From: Acidimicrobiia bacterium
GTDB lineage: Bacteria; Actinomycetota; Acidimicrobiia; Spongiisociales; SHLN01
NCBI GenBank assembly: GCA_041619515.1
Contig: JBFKDW010000008.1
Span: forward strand, 1-60,668
Direction of reading: 5' to 3'
DNA length: 60,668 nt
Both the position numbers and the translations under genes were made by a program. The notes under the pieces were generated by a model. That model saw only the letters and a program-made list of their open reading frames with translations. It was not told the DNA's origin and ran no database searches. Shown here piece by piece: positions 27,235 to 36,231 of the stretch. Each line of letters opens with the position of its first letter. Positions within the stretch are counted from its first letter, which is position 1.

Positions 27235-28275
27235 CTACACGACGCCGATACCGGTGCCGTCCACGACCTCACCGATTACCGCCGCGGCTGACGTTCCGGC
27301 TTCTTCGAGGGCGGCCACCAGGTCGTTGCAGCGGTCCTGCGCCACGGCCAGCAGCAGGCCGCCGCTGGTCTGCGCGTCTGCTAGGACGATTTGATCGACT
27401 TCATCGAGGTCCCCGAAACGGGTGACATGCCCGGCCGCCGCCAGGTTGCGACGTGTGCCGCCGGGAACCACTCCGGCGGCGGCCAGATCCCCTATCCCGG
27501 GGAGGAGGGGCACCCGGCGGTGATCCAGCGTGGCGCCGACCTGTGAGGCCTCGAGCATTTCCGCCAGATGCCCGAGCAGGCCGAACCCGGTCACATCGGT
27601 GGCCGCTCTGACCCCGCAAGCGACGGCGGCTTCCGCCGCCGATCGGTTGAGGGCGGTCATGACCTCCACGGCCGCCTCGATCTGCTCGGCGGTGGCCACG
27701 CCCCGCTTGATGGCGGTGGAGATCAGGCCGGTCCCGAGTGGCTTGGTGAGCACGATGCGGTCCCCCACCCGGGCGGCGTGATTGGTCATCATGACGTCCG
27801 GATCGACCGTGCCGGTCACTGCCAGGCCGTACTTCGGTTCCCGGTCGTCAATGGAGTGGCCCCCGATGAGGGTGCAGCCTGCCTCGGCCAGCACCGAAGC
27901 GCCGCCCCGCTGGACGTCTCCGAGCAACTCCAGCGACAGCTCCTCTCTGGGCCACCCCACGATCGAGAGGGCGGTCAGCGGGACTCCGCCCATGGCGTAC
28001 ACGTCCGACAGGGCATTGGCGGCGGCGATGCGGCCCCAATCGAACGGATCGTCGACCACCGGGGTGAAGAAGTCCACGGTTTGGACGAGGGCGGTCCCGT
28101 CGGCGAGCCGGTACACCCCGGCGTCGTCGGGCCGGTCGAGGCCGACCAGGACGGCGGGATGCCGGGTCACATCGAGATCGTGCAGGGGGCGCAGGACCTG
28201 CGCCAACTCAGCGGAGCTGAGCTTGCACGCTCAACCGGATCCGTGCGAGTACTGCGTGAGCTTGATGTCGGGCAT
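27235..28275 (-). CDS. selD: Selenophosphate synthetase, selenocysteine-containing (in-frame UGA at 28231-28233)
   Basis: MPDIKLTQYSHGSG-TGA-ACKLS matches the SelD HGAGCGCK motif; also DDAGVY, DFFTP, NALSDVYAMGG, GGHS, TDVTGFGLLGH and QTSGGLL. Confidence 0.95.
28207..28224 (-). promoter_or_regulatory. Candidate bacterial SECIS hairpin
   Basis: AGCUCAGC-UCC-GCUGAGUU stem-loop about 7 nt 3' of the UGA. Confidence 0.6.
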
Positions 28276-28398
28276 GGAGTGGAGACTAGGAGCCGAGCCG
28301 TCATGTACCCGGCGAACGCCGGCCCGGACCGCACCTGTTCGTGAACCGAGATCCAAATGCAGTTTCGCATGGGCCGCAACAACGGTATGCTTCACGCG

Positions 28399-28511
28399 AG
28401 GTTGGCTTACACGCCTGACCCCGGCGTTACCAACCGGCAGGAACTCCTCACCCCCCCTGGGGAACCTGCACAATGACGAGCCTCGGCCCCCGCCGGGGCT
28501 CGTCGCTTTCT
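28399..28511 (+). ncRNA. 6C-like small RNA (three hairpins with C-rich loops)
   Basis: TATGCT -10 at 28386; stems GGTTGG/CCAACC, GCAGG/CCTGC and GACGAGCC/GGCTCGTC with C4-C7 loops; short T tail. Confidence 0.6.
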
Positions 28512-28526
28512 AACCTGGAGTAGTTC

Positions 28527-29906
28527 ATGCGATTCAACCTGCCCCGCCCGCGCCAGCTGGCTCGCAACCTGCGAGAGGTCGCTCAGCGTCGTCCGGACAC
28601 CACCGAGGAGTACCTCGAGGCCAACCCCGAGGCGTGGGAGAGAATCGCCGAGGTCGACCCTCACGACGCCGCCGACATCCTCGAGGCCCTCGGCACCGAT
28701 GTGGCCCTCGAATTCCTCGACGGACTCGAGACCGAGAGCGCAGCCCGCATCCTCGAAGAGATGAATGACGGTGCCGCCGCCGAGCTGCTGAACCAGCTGC
28801 CGGCAACCGAGGCGGCGACGATGGTCGGGAACATGGACGCCGACGAAGCCGTCGATGTTCTCAACAAGTTCGACCCCGACGAACTGCAGGACCTGGTGGC
28901 GCATCTCGAACCAGATGCTGCCGTTGAGATCAACCGCCTGCTGGCCTATCCGCGGGACTCCGCCGGCGGGTTGATGACCACCGAGGTCGCATCCCTTCCC
29001 ATGGGCATGACGGCGGGTGAAGCAATCGAAGCACTGCGGAGGATGCACGAGACACTCGATGATCTTTCGTATGTATATGTGACAGACGACGCCGGCCGTC
29101 TCCAGGGGGTGGTCTCGTTCCGGGAGCTCGTGTTTGCCCGCCCCGGAACGGGCCTCGACCAAGCGATGGTTCCAAACCCGGTCAAGGTGCCCGCTGAGGC
29201 TGATCGGGAGGTCGTCTCGGATCTCATCCAGCGGTACAACCTCTTCGCCCTCCCGGTGGTCGACGAGGAGGATCGACTGCTCGGCATCGTGACGGTCGAC
29301 GAGGCGCTGGAGGCGATCCAGGAAGAGGCCAGCGAGGACATGGCGGTCATGGTCGGTGCCGGTTCCGAGGAAACGGTCCGCACCGCCGTCATCGAATCGA
29401 TCGCCAAGCGTCTCCCGTGGATCGCCGTGAACCTGGTGCTTGCGACCATCGTCGCTCTCACGATCGAGCGCCAGAAGGGTGTCTTCGACGAGTTCGTTGT
29501 CCTGGCGGCCCTCATGCCGGTTGTTGCGCTCCTGGGCGGCAACGGAGGAGCCCAGAGCTTGGCCGTGGTGATCCGCTCGATGGCGATCAACCAGGTCCCG
29601 AGCCAGATGGTCCCCAAGGTCCTGCTGCGAGAAGCCCGGATTGGTCTGACCCTCGGCGTTGCCATGGCCTTTCTGTCGGGCCTGATGGCGTACGTCCTCA
29701 GCGGCGGTGAGGTCGAGATAGCCCTGGTGATGGCCCTGGCGGTCTTCGTCAACCTCTCCATCGCCACCACGGCGGGGGCGGGAATCCCCATGCTGCTCCG
29801 CCGACTCGGGCTCGACCCGGCGCTGGCCTCCAACATCTTCCTCACCTTCGTCACCGACATGGTGGGGTTTGCCGGTTTCCTGCTGATCGCGAGCGTCCTG
29901 CTGTAG
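28527..29906 (+). CDS. mgtE: Magnesium transporter MgtE
   Basis: Acidic N domain, SAGGLMT, CBS pair, KRLPW, GGNGGAQ and DPALAS...T..TD..G. Confidence 0.95.
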   Translation: MRFNLPRPRQLARNLREVAQRRPDTTEEYLEANPEAWERIAEVDPHDAADILEALGTDVALEFLDGLETESAARILEEMNDGAAAELLNQLPATEAATMVGNMDADEAVDVLNKFDPDELQDLVAHLEPDAAVEINRLLAYPRDSAGGLMTTEVASLPMGMTAGEAIEALRRMHETLDDLSYVYVTDDAGRLQGVVSFRELVFARPGTGLDQAMVPNPVKVPAEADREVVSDLIQRYNLFALPVVDEEDRLLGIVTVDEALEAIQEEASEDMAVMVGAGSEETVRTAVIESIAKRLPWIAVNLVLATIVALTIERQKGVFDEFVVLAALMPVVALLGGNGGAQSLAVVIRSMAINQVPSQMVPKVLLREARIGLTLGVAMAFLSGLMAYVLSGGEVEIALVMALAVFVNLSIATTAGAGIPMLLRRLGLDPALASNIFLTFVTDMVGFAGFLLIASVLL

Positions 29907-29913
29907 TCCGGGC

Positions 29914-30345
29914 CTAGGTGGGCTCGCCGGATGACCGCTGCACCCACTCCTCGAAGGTCAGCGGCAACGGTGTGAAGTTGACCGCCCGGAATCGCTCGGC
30001 CATCTCGGCGAAGAGCTCGGGTTCCGGATCGCGTTCCATCCCCCACTCGGCCAGGTCGAGCGCGGGCCGCCACCCGGCCGAGCCCAGTGTCTCGTCGACT
30101 CGCATGCGCCAGTCGTCGGGACCTTCCGCCCGTTGCAGCCAATAGCGCTGGAGGCGCTGGGCTCTCCGCACCGCTCGCCGAACGATCTTGAGGGCGTCCC
30201 GGTCGAGCGACTCGCCGTCGAGAATTACCGCCTCCATCCATTCGGCAAAGGCCCGGTCATCCCACGATGATGGATCGAGGACCGCGCCCTCGAACAGCCG
30301 GTCGAATGCCCCGATGAGCTCGAGCGCACGTCCGGCAGCGCTCAC
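29914..30345 (-). CDS. Hypothetical protein
   Basis: Coding-like composition downstream of the aminotransferase; start inferred at GTG 30345. Confidence 0.65.
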   Translation of the reverse strand: MSAAGRALELIGAFDRLFEGAVLDPSSWDDRAFAEWMEAVILDGESLDRDALKIVRRAVRRAQRLQRYWLQRAEGPDDWRMRVDETLGSAGWRPALDLAEWGMERDPEPELFAEMAERFRAVNFTPLPLTFEEWVQRSSGEPT

Positions 30346-30358
30346 GAGCCGCCCGCCC

Positions 30359-31177
30359 TCAAAGGGCGGCTGCCACCCGGGCGGAGAAAGCGCCTGCCAG
30401 GGCGCGGGTCGAGTCACCCGGTTCCCAGTGTGCGTCGCCCACCGCCACCACCGGGGCAACGTCTTTGAGCGTCGACAGCGCTATCACCTCGTCGGCTGCT
30501 TCGACCCGTTGGATCGTCCAGCGTCCCTCCACCACCCCGAGCCCGACGTCGGCGGCGGTCTTGAGGACTTCGGATCTGGTGACCGAGGCGAGGATGCCCA
30601 GGTCCATCGCCGGTGTCTCGAGCATGCCATCAATGAACCAGGCAACCGTCCAGGTCGGCCCCTCCAGCACCCAGCCGTCCCGGGAGATGAGCAGCGCATC
30701 GTCGAATCCGGCGCGCTGCGCCCGGCGGCTGGCGGCCATGTTGGGAGCGTAGGAGATGGTCTTCGCGCCCGTCAGGTCCCACTCGATGCCACCCGAATGC
30801 CAGGGAGCCTCGACGGGCAGGACCCTGAGGCCGTTGTTCGGCTCCGGCATCGGTTCCCACGCCACGATGCATCGTCCGGGCGCGTCGATGTCTGGCAGCG
30901 CCGCACCCCGGGTGACGACGAGCCTGACGAAGCAGTCGCCGCCGTCGGCGGCCACTGCCTGAATCCAAGCTGCGATCTCCGACCGGTCCGGAAGCTCCAA
31001 CCGGAGTTTGGCGGCACCCGCCTCCAACCGGTCCAGATGGGCCTCGAGAGCAAAGAGCCGGCCGCGATAGGACCGCACCACCTCGAAGAGCCCGTCCCCC
31101 CGCTGCAGCCCCAGATCGAACACCGAGATCGCCGCCGCGGCCGGGTCGGTGGGCACGCCGTCGATGAGCACTCGCAT
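30359..31177 (-). CDS. Aminotransferase class IV (BCAT / aminodeoxychorismate lyase-like)
   Basis: D.GLQRGDGLFE, HLDRL, AKTISY and GILASVTR. Confidence 0.9.
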   Translation of the reverse strand: MRVLIDGVPTDPAAAAISVFDLGLQRGDGLFEVVRSYRGRLFALEAHLDRLEAGAAKLRLELPDRSEIAAWIQAVAADGGDCFVRLVVTRGAALPDIDAPGRCIVAWEPMPEPNNGLRVLPVEAPWHSGGIEWDLTGAKTISYAPNMAASRRAQRAGFDDALLISRDGWVLEGPTWTVAWFIDGMLETPAMDLGILASVTRSEVLKTAADVGLGVVEGRWTIQRVEAADEVIALSTLKDVAPVVAVGDAHWEPGDSTRALAGAFSARVAAAL

Positions 31178-31271
31178 GTGCTCGACATTAGTGGGCCTTC
31201 CCCCGAACGCGGTTCCGGCCGGCCCGGCCGGAAGGGCCGGCATCGGCGACCGGTTCCCTAGAGTCGCCGGC

Positions 31272-32123
31272 ATGCGAGTGCTGATCACCGGCGCCACCGG
31301 CTTCCTTGGCACCGCCATGCAAGAACGGGTCCCACCCGGGATCGAGCCGGTGGCCATGGGTTTCTCGCGCGGCGAACGGTCGCTCGACGTCACCGATCAG
31401 GCAGCGGTGGGGCGGGCACTGGACCGCTTTCGACCCGACGCCGTGGTTCATTTGGCCGCAGTGAGCGTGACGGCCGATGCCGACGCCGACCCGACGAGGG
31501 CCGATTCTGTCAATGTCGCCGGTTCTCTCATCGTCGCCCGTGCCACCGCCCGGCGTGACATCAGGTTGGTGGCGCTTTCGAGCGACGTTGTGTTCGACGG
31601 TCGCCATGCTCCCTACGCCGAGGAAGCCCCCACCAACCCGGTGAACGCCTACGGCGCATCCAAGCGGGCAGGTGAGGCGGCGATCCTGGCCGAGCATCCC
31701 GCGCCGCTCGTTCTCCGTACCAGCGTGCTGGTCGGCCGGGACCGGGCGAACCGGCGGGCCTTCTCCTCGTTCATCTTGACCAGGGCAGCCACCGCCGCCG
31801 AAGTTCACCTCTACGAGAACGAACGACGCAATTTCTACCCGGTAACGAGCGCGGCCGCCGCAGTGTGGGAGTGCGCCGGGGCGACGATGACGGGAGTCCT
31901 ACACATAGGGGCGACTACGTCGGCATCCCGATTCGAGTTCGGGCTCCGGCTGCTCGCAGCCGTCGGGTTGGACCCGGGTCTGGCGGTACCGGAGCGGGGC
32001 CCCTCCGACCGTCCCTCCGACCTCACCCTCAACGTCGAGCTCGCTCGGTCGATGCTGGCGACGCCGATGCCGTCCATGGAAGAGGTCATCGAAGAGGTGC
32101 GGCGAGACGTGCTCGTGACCTAG
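31272..32123 (+). CDS. RmlD-like extended SDR (dTDP-4-dehydrorhamnose reductase family)
   Basis: TGATGFLG, SSDVVFDG and P.N.YGASK..GE. Confidence 0.88.
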   Translation: MRVLITGATGFLGTAMQERVPPGIEPVAMGFSRGERSLDVTDQAAVGRALDRFRPDAVVHLAAVSVTADADADPTRADSVNVAGSLIVARATARRDIRLVALSSDVVFDGRHAPYAEEAPTNPVNAYGASKRAGEAAILAEHPAPLVLRTSVLVGRDRANRRAFSSFILTRAATAAEVHLYENERRNFYPVTSAAAAVWECAGATMTGVLHIGATTSASRFEFGLRLLAAVGLDPGLAVPERGPSDRPSDLTLNVELARSMLATPMPSMEEVIEEVRRDVLVT

Positions 32124-32152
32124 GCTCCCCGCGCGGGAAGCAAGGAGCTACC

Positions 32153-33829
32153 GTGAACGAATCTCTGGCCGCTCTCGGCGACGAATACTGGGAGCACCAA
32201 CTCGAAATCTCTCCCGTCACGGCACTTCTCCTCGGCGACCACCGCCATGGTGATCGTTTCGACGAGTACTCACGCGACGCCGAGGATCGCATGATCGCCA
32301 GGCTGCGAGAGTTCGTCGGGCGGGCCGAAGCGATCGAGGAGGCTTCGCTCGACGAGGAGGAGACGATCACCCGCCGGGTGCTCATCTTCGAAGCCTCGGT
32401 CAATGCCGCGGTAGCCGAGACCAGGCAGGCGGAGCTGGCCGTCAACCACATCATCGGGTTCCACTCACTGCTGCCGGTGATGGCTGCGCAGTTCCCGATC
32501 GAGACTCCGGGACACGCCGGAGACCTCGAAGAGATGTATCGCCAGGTCGGCCGGGCGTTGGACGAGATGAGTGAGCGCCTCCGTGAGGGCATCGCCACCG
32601 GACGCACTCCCCCGCGCTACGCCGTCGGCGAGACGATCAAACAGCTCGACGTCATGATGAGCGTCCCCGCCGCCGAGGATCCGTTGCTGGCGGTGCGGGT
32701 CCCCACCGGGTTCGACGAGGCGGCGACGGCTGCCTGGAAGGCCCGGCTGGAGGCGATTGTCGGCGACGTCATCCGCCCGGCCCTGCGACGCCACCGGGAC
32801 CTCCTCGAGCAGGAGCTTCTCCCTGCGGCCCGGCCCGAGGAGCGCTCGGGTGTTTGCTGGCTCCCGGATGGTGAGGAGACCTACGCCCGCGCCATCCACA
32901 AGCACACGTCGCTGCCGATGGACGCCACCGAGATCCACGAGATCGGCCTGCAGGCGGTGGAACGGCTCGCCGATGAGTATCGCCATCTCGGGGCGCGAGT
33001 CCTGGGAACGGAAGACCTGAGCGACATCTTCAGCCGACTGCGGGATGACCCGGATCTTCACTTTCAGGCCGGCACGGACGTCGTGTCCGCCTCGGAGAGC
33101 GCCGTCGCCAAGGCCCGGAAGGAAATGGGCGATTGGTTCGGCCGGCTGCCGGCAGCCGACTGCGTCGTCGCCGAATCGCCCAGCGGCCCCATCGCCTTCT
33201 ACTTTCCTCCTGCGCTGGACGGCTCACGGCCGGGCACCTTCTTCGTCAACACCGCCGACCCCACCCAGTGGGGCCGGTTTGAGATCGAGGCGATGGCCTA
33301 TCACGAGGCCATCCCGGGCCACCACCTCCAGCTCGCCATTTCTCAGGAGCTGGATCACCTCCCGGAGTTCCGCAAGCACGCGTCGATCACGGCCTTCGCC
33401 GAAGGCTGGGGGCTCTACGCGGAGCGGCTCGCCGACGAAATGGGCCTCTACGGCGGGGATCTGGAACGCATCGGCATGCTGGCGCTCGACTCGATGCGGG
33501 CGGGACGCCTGGTGGTGGATACCGGAATCCATGCCATGGGCTGGAGCCGGCAGCAGGCCATCGAGTACCTGGCCCGCAACTCACCGATGAGTGTCCGCAC
33601 GGTCGAAGATGAGATCGACCGCTACATCGGGATTCCGGGTCAGGCGCTTGCGTACATGATCGGGCGGCTCGAAATCCAGCGCATTCGCGCAGACGCCGCC
33701 GAGCGACTGGGCGACGGGTTCGATATCAGGGGCTTTCACGACGCCGTTCTCGGCCACGGCCTGTTGCCGCTCGACGCGATGGCAGATGTCGTCGAGAACT
33801 GGGTGACCGGCCGGGTTTCCTCCGGCTGA
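32153..33829 (+). CDS. DUF885 family protein
   Basis: HEAIPGHHLQ, EGWGLYAE, RLVVDTGIH and PGQALAY. Confidence 0.92.
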   Translation: MNESLAALGDEYWEHQLEISPVTALLLGDHRHGDRFDEYSRDAEDRMIARLREFVGRAEAIEEASLDEEETITRRVLIFEASVNAAVAETRQAELAVNHIIGFHSLLPVMAAQFPIETPGHAGDLEEMYRQVGRALDEMSERLREGIATGRTPPRYAVGETIKQLDVMMSVPAAEDPLLAVRVPTGFDEAATAAWKARLEAIVGDVIRPALRRHRDLLEQELLPAARPEERSGVCWLPDGEETYARAIHKHTSLPMDATEIHEIGLQAVERLADEYRHLGARVLGTEDLSDIFSRLRDDPDLHFQAGTDVVSASESAVAKARKEMGDWFGRLPAADCVVAESPSGPIAFYFPPALDGSRPGTFFVNTADPTQWGRFEIEAMAYHEAIPGHHLQLAISQELDHLPEFRKHASITAFAEGWGLYAERLADEMGLYGGDLERIGMLALDSMRAGRLVVDTGIHAMGWSRQQAIEYLARNSPMSVRTVEDEIDRYIGIPGQALAYMIGRLEIQRIRADAAERLGDGFDIRGFHDAVLGHGLLPLDAMADVVENWVTGRVSSG

Positions 33830-33885
33830 GAGTTGCTGTGCAGCCCGGCCGGATTTCCTCCGGCTGAGGAGTTGCCCCAACCGGG

Positions 33886-34452
33886 TCAGTTCTGTTGCTT
33901 CTTCGCCGCCTGTTTGGCAGCCCGCTTGGCGATGCGAATCTCTTCGATCTTCTCGTAGGTGTCCACGTCGGCGATCGAGGCCCAGTCCGCCGCCTCGTCC
34001 TCCCACCCGGGGGGCGCCTCCCCGAGGCGCTTGCCGACGACGCTGATGAAGATGCGGGCTTTGGCTTCCCCGAAACCGGGCAAATCGCGCAGCCTCCGGT
34101 AGAAGTCGGCGCCGTCGGAAGCCTCCTGCCAGATTCGCTCGGGACGGCCCTCGTAGCCCTCGACGATGGCCTCACAGAGGGCATAGGCCCGCTTGCCCAT
34201 TGAGCCCGGGAATCGGTGGAGGGCGGGTTTCTCGACGAAGTGCCCCACGAGCGCCTCGGGATCCATCGCCGCGATTGCGCCGGCATCGAGTGGCCGGCCC
34301 AGCCTCTCCTGCAGGAGATAGGGTGCCTTGAAGGCCCACTCCATCTTCACCTGCTGGTCGAGGAGCATGCCGAGCATGAGGGCGAGAGGGTTGTCGGCCA
34401 GCAGCCGGTCCGCCTCGGCATCCCCGGTCCACGGAAGGGCAGCAACGGTCAT
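33886..34452 (-). CDS. HhH-GPD-type base excision repair family protein
   Basis: GMLLDQQV.ME.AF, HRFPGSM, LPGFG..KARIF and SIADV. Confidence 0.88.
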   Translation of the reverse strand: MTVAALPWTGDAEADRLLADNPLALMLGMLLDQQVKMEWAFKAPYLLQERLGRPLDAGAIAAMDPEALVGHFVEKPALHRFPGSMGKRAYALCEAIVEGYEGRPERIWQEASDGADFYRRLRDLPGFGEAKARIFISVVGKRLGEAPPGWEDEAADWASIADVDTYEKIEEIRIAKRAAKQAAKKQQN

Positions 34453-34462
34453 GCCGGGCAGG

Positions 34463-36169
34463 TTAACTGGAGCGATACCAGTTCGTGATGGGCAGCCGCC
34501 GATCTTTGCCGAACGCCTTGGTCGTGATCTTGACCCCGAGAGGTGCCTGCCGGCGCTTGTACTCGTTACGGTCGACGAGCCGGGTGATCCGCTCGACCAT
34601 GGCTTCGTCGAACCCGGACGCCGTGATCACACCCTTCGATTCGTCCTGCTCGATGTACATCTCGAGGATGGCATCCAGGATCTCGTACGGTGGCAGGCTG
34701 TCGGTATCCAGTTGATCTGGGCGTAGCTCGGCGGACGGGGGCTTGTCGATGATGGCCACGGGAATGACCTCCTCGTCCCGGTTGCGCCAGGCCGCCAGCC
34801 GGTAGACCCGCATCTTCAGGACATCCTTGAGAACCGAGAATCCCCCCACCATGTCGCCGTAGAGGGTGGCATAGCCGACCGCAAGCTCCGACTTGTTGCC
34901 GGTCGTGAGCACCATCGGCCCGAACTTGTTCGAGAGCGCCATCAGGACGGCGCCGCGAATCCGCGCCTGCAGGTTCTCCTCGGTCACTCCGGGGTCGGTG
35001 CCGGCAAAGGCAGTCTCCAGCGAGCCCAGGTAGGTGCTGAAGATGTCGTCGATGGGGATGATGTCGAAGCGGCATCCAAGCCGCCTCGCCAGCTCTTCGC
35101 TGTCGACGACCGAGCCCTCCGAGCTGAAGCGGGACGGCATCGAGATGCCCCACACCCGGTCACCCCCGAGCGCATCGACGGCGATGGCAGCGCTGAGTGC
35201 CGAGTCGATCCCCCCGGAGAGGCCGACGACGATCCCCGGGAACTCGTTCTTCTGCACGTAGTCGCGCAACCCGAGGACGAGGGCGGCGTAGATCTCGGCG
35301 TCCTCGTCGAGCCGGGGCTCAGAGACGGGGGGAGGCGCCGGCGCCGAGGCGCGAAGCAGATGCTCGGGAGCGCCCGGAAGGCCTTCGAGAGTCGTGAAGC
35401 CGAGCTCGACGTCGGCCCAGAAGCGGTCCTCCTGAAACTGGCGGGCCTGGTACACGATCTTGCCGGTCTCGTCGAGAATCATGCTGCCCCCGTCGAAGAC
35501 GAGCTCATCCTGGCCACCCACCTGGTTGACGTACACGAGCGGGACACCGGCGGCAGCGACGTGCCGCTGCAGCAGTGCCAGCCGTTCCCGGTGCTTGTCG
35601 AAGTGATAGGGGGAGGCGTTGATGTTGATGAGAATCTGGGCACCGGTCTTGGCTTGCAGCAGCGGAGGGCCGTCGTTGACCCAGACGTCCTCGCACACCG
35701 ACACGCCCAGGGTGGCATCGCCGACCCCCCAAACCGGGTTGGGATCGACTCCCGGCACGAAATAGCGCTCCTCGTCGAACACCCCGAAGTTGGGGAGATG
35801 CACCTTGTGGTACACCCCGCGCACCTCGCCGTTGTAGAGCAGGGCAGCTGCGTTTGCGATGGACCGAACCGCCGAGTCTTCGAGTGTTCCTATGGCAACC
35901 GGATCTGTCCGGTCGACGAAGCCCACAACCGTCAGCATCGGGCCGGAGGCAGCAGCCACCTCCCGCAATGTGGCCAGATTGGCTGCGATGAAGGACTCTC
36001 GCAGTAGCAAGTCTTCGGGCGGGTAGCCCGTGATGGCGAGCTCCGGGAGCGCCAGCACGTCGGCGTCTTGGTCCTGCGCCCACGCCATGGCGTCGAGGAT
36101 GCGGTCCCGGTTGCCCGGGAAGTCGCCGATCACCTGGTTGAGCTGGGCGCCGGCAATTCGGATGAACAT
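34463..36169 (-). CDS. nadE: Glutamine-dependent NAD+ synthetase
   Basis: Nitrilase triad (PEL..GYPPED, K..LPN, CED.W), SGGIDS, ENLQARIRG, TGNKSE and PSAEL. Confidence 0.96.
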   Translation of the reverse strand: MFIRIAGAQLNQVIGDFPGNRDRILDAMAWAQDQDADVLALPELAITGYPPEDLLLRESFIAANLATLREVAAASGPMLTVVGFVDRTDPVAIGTLEDSAVRSIANAAALLYNGEVRGVYHKVHLPNFGVFDEERYFVPGVDPNPVWGVGDATLGVSVCEDVWVNDGPPLLQAKTGAQILININASPYHFDKHRERLALLQRHVAAAGVPLVYVNQVGGQDELVFDGGSMILDETGKIVYQARQFQEDRFWADVELGFTTLEGLPGAPEHLLRASAPAPPPVSEPRLDEDAEIYAALVLGLRDYVQKNEFPGIVVGLSGGIDSALSAAIAVDALGGDRVWGISMPSRFSSEGSVVDSEELARRLGCRFDIIPIDDIFSTYLGSLETAFAGTDPGVTEENLQARIRGAVLMALSNKFGPMVLTTGNKSELAVGYATLYGDMVGGFSVLKDVLKMRVYRLAAWRNRDEEVIPVAIIDKPPSAELRPDQLDTDSLPPYEILDAILEMYIEQDESKGVITASGFDEAMVERITRLVDRNEYKRRQAPLGVKITTKAFGKDRRLPITNWYRSS

Positions 36170-36231
36170 CCGCACAGATTACGCAGGCAGCCGGCCGCAG
36201 CCGAGCGTAGCTCCGGGACGGGAGGCTCGTG

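Noticed and set aside
28231..28233. selD as a nonsense pseudogene
   Set aside because: The stop is TGA at the conserved catalytic Cys/Sec codon, with intact flanks and a downstream hairpin.
10151..28275. Functional link between the b6-type complex (resembling Geobacter Ext-type b subunits) and selenium metabolism via selD
   Set aside because: The genes are about 16 kb apart with unrelated genes between; no sequence evidence for coupling.
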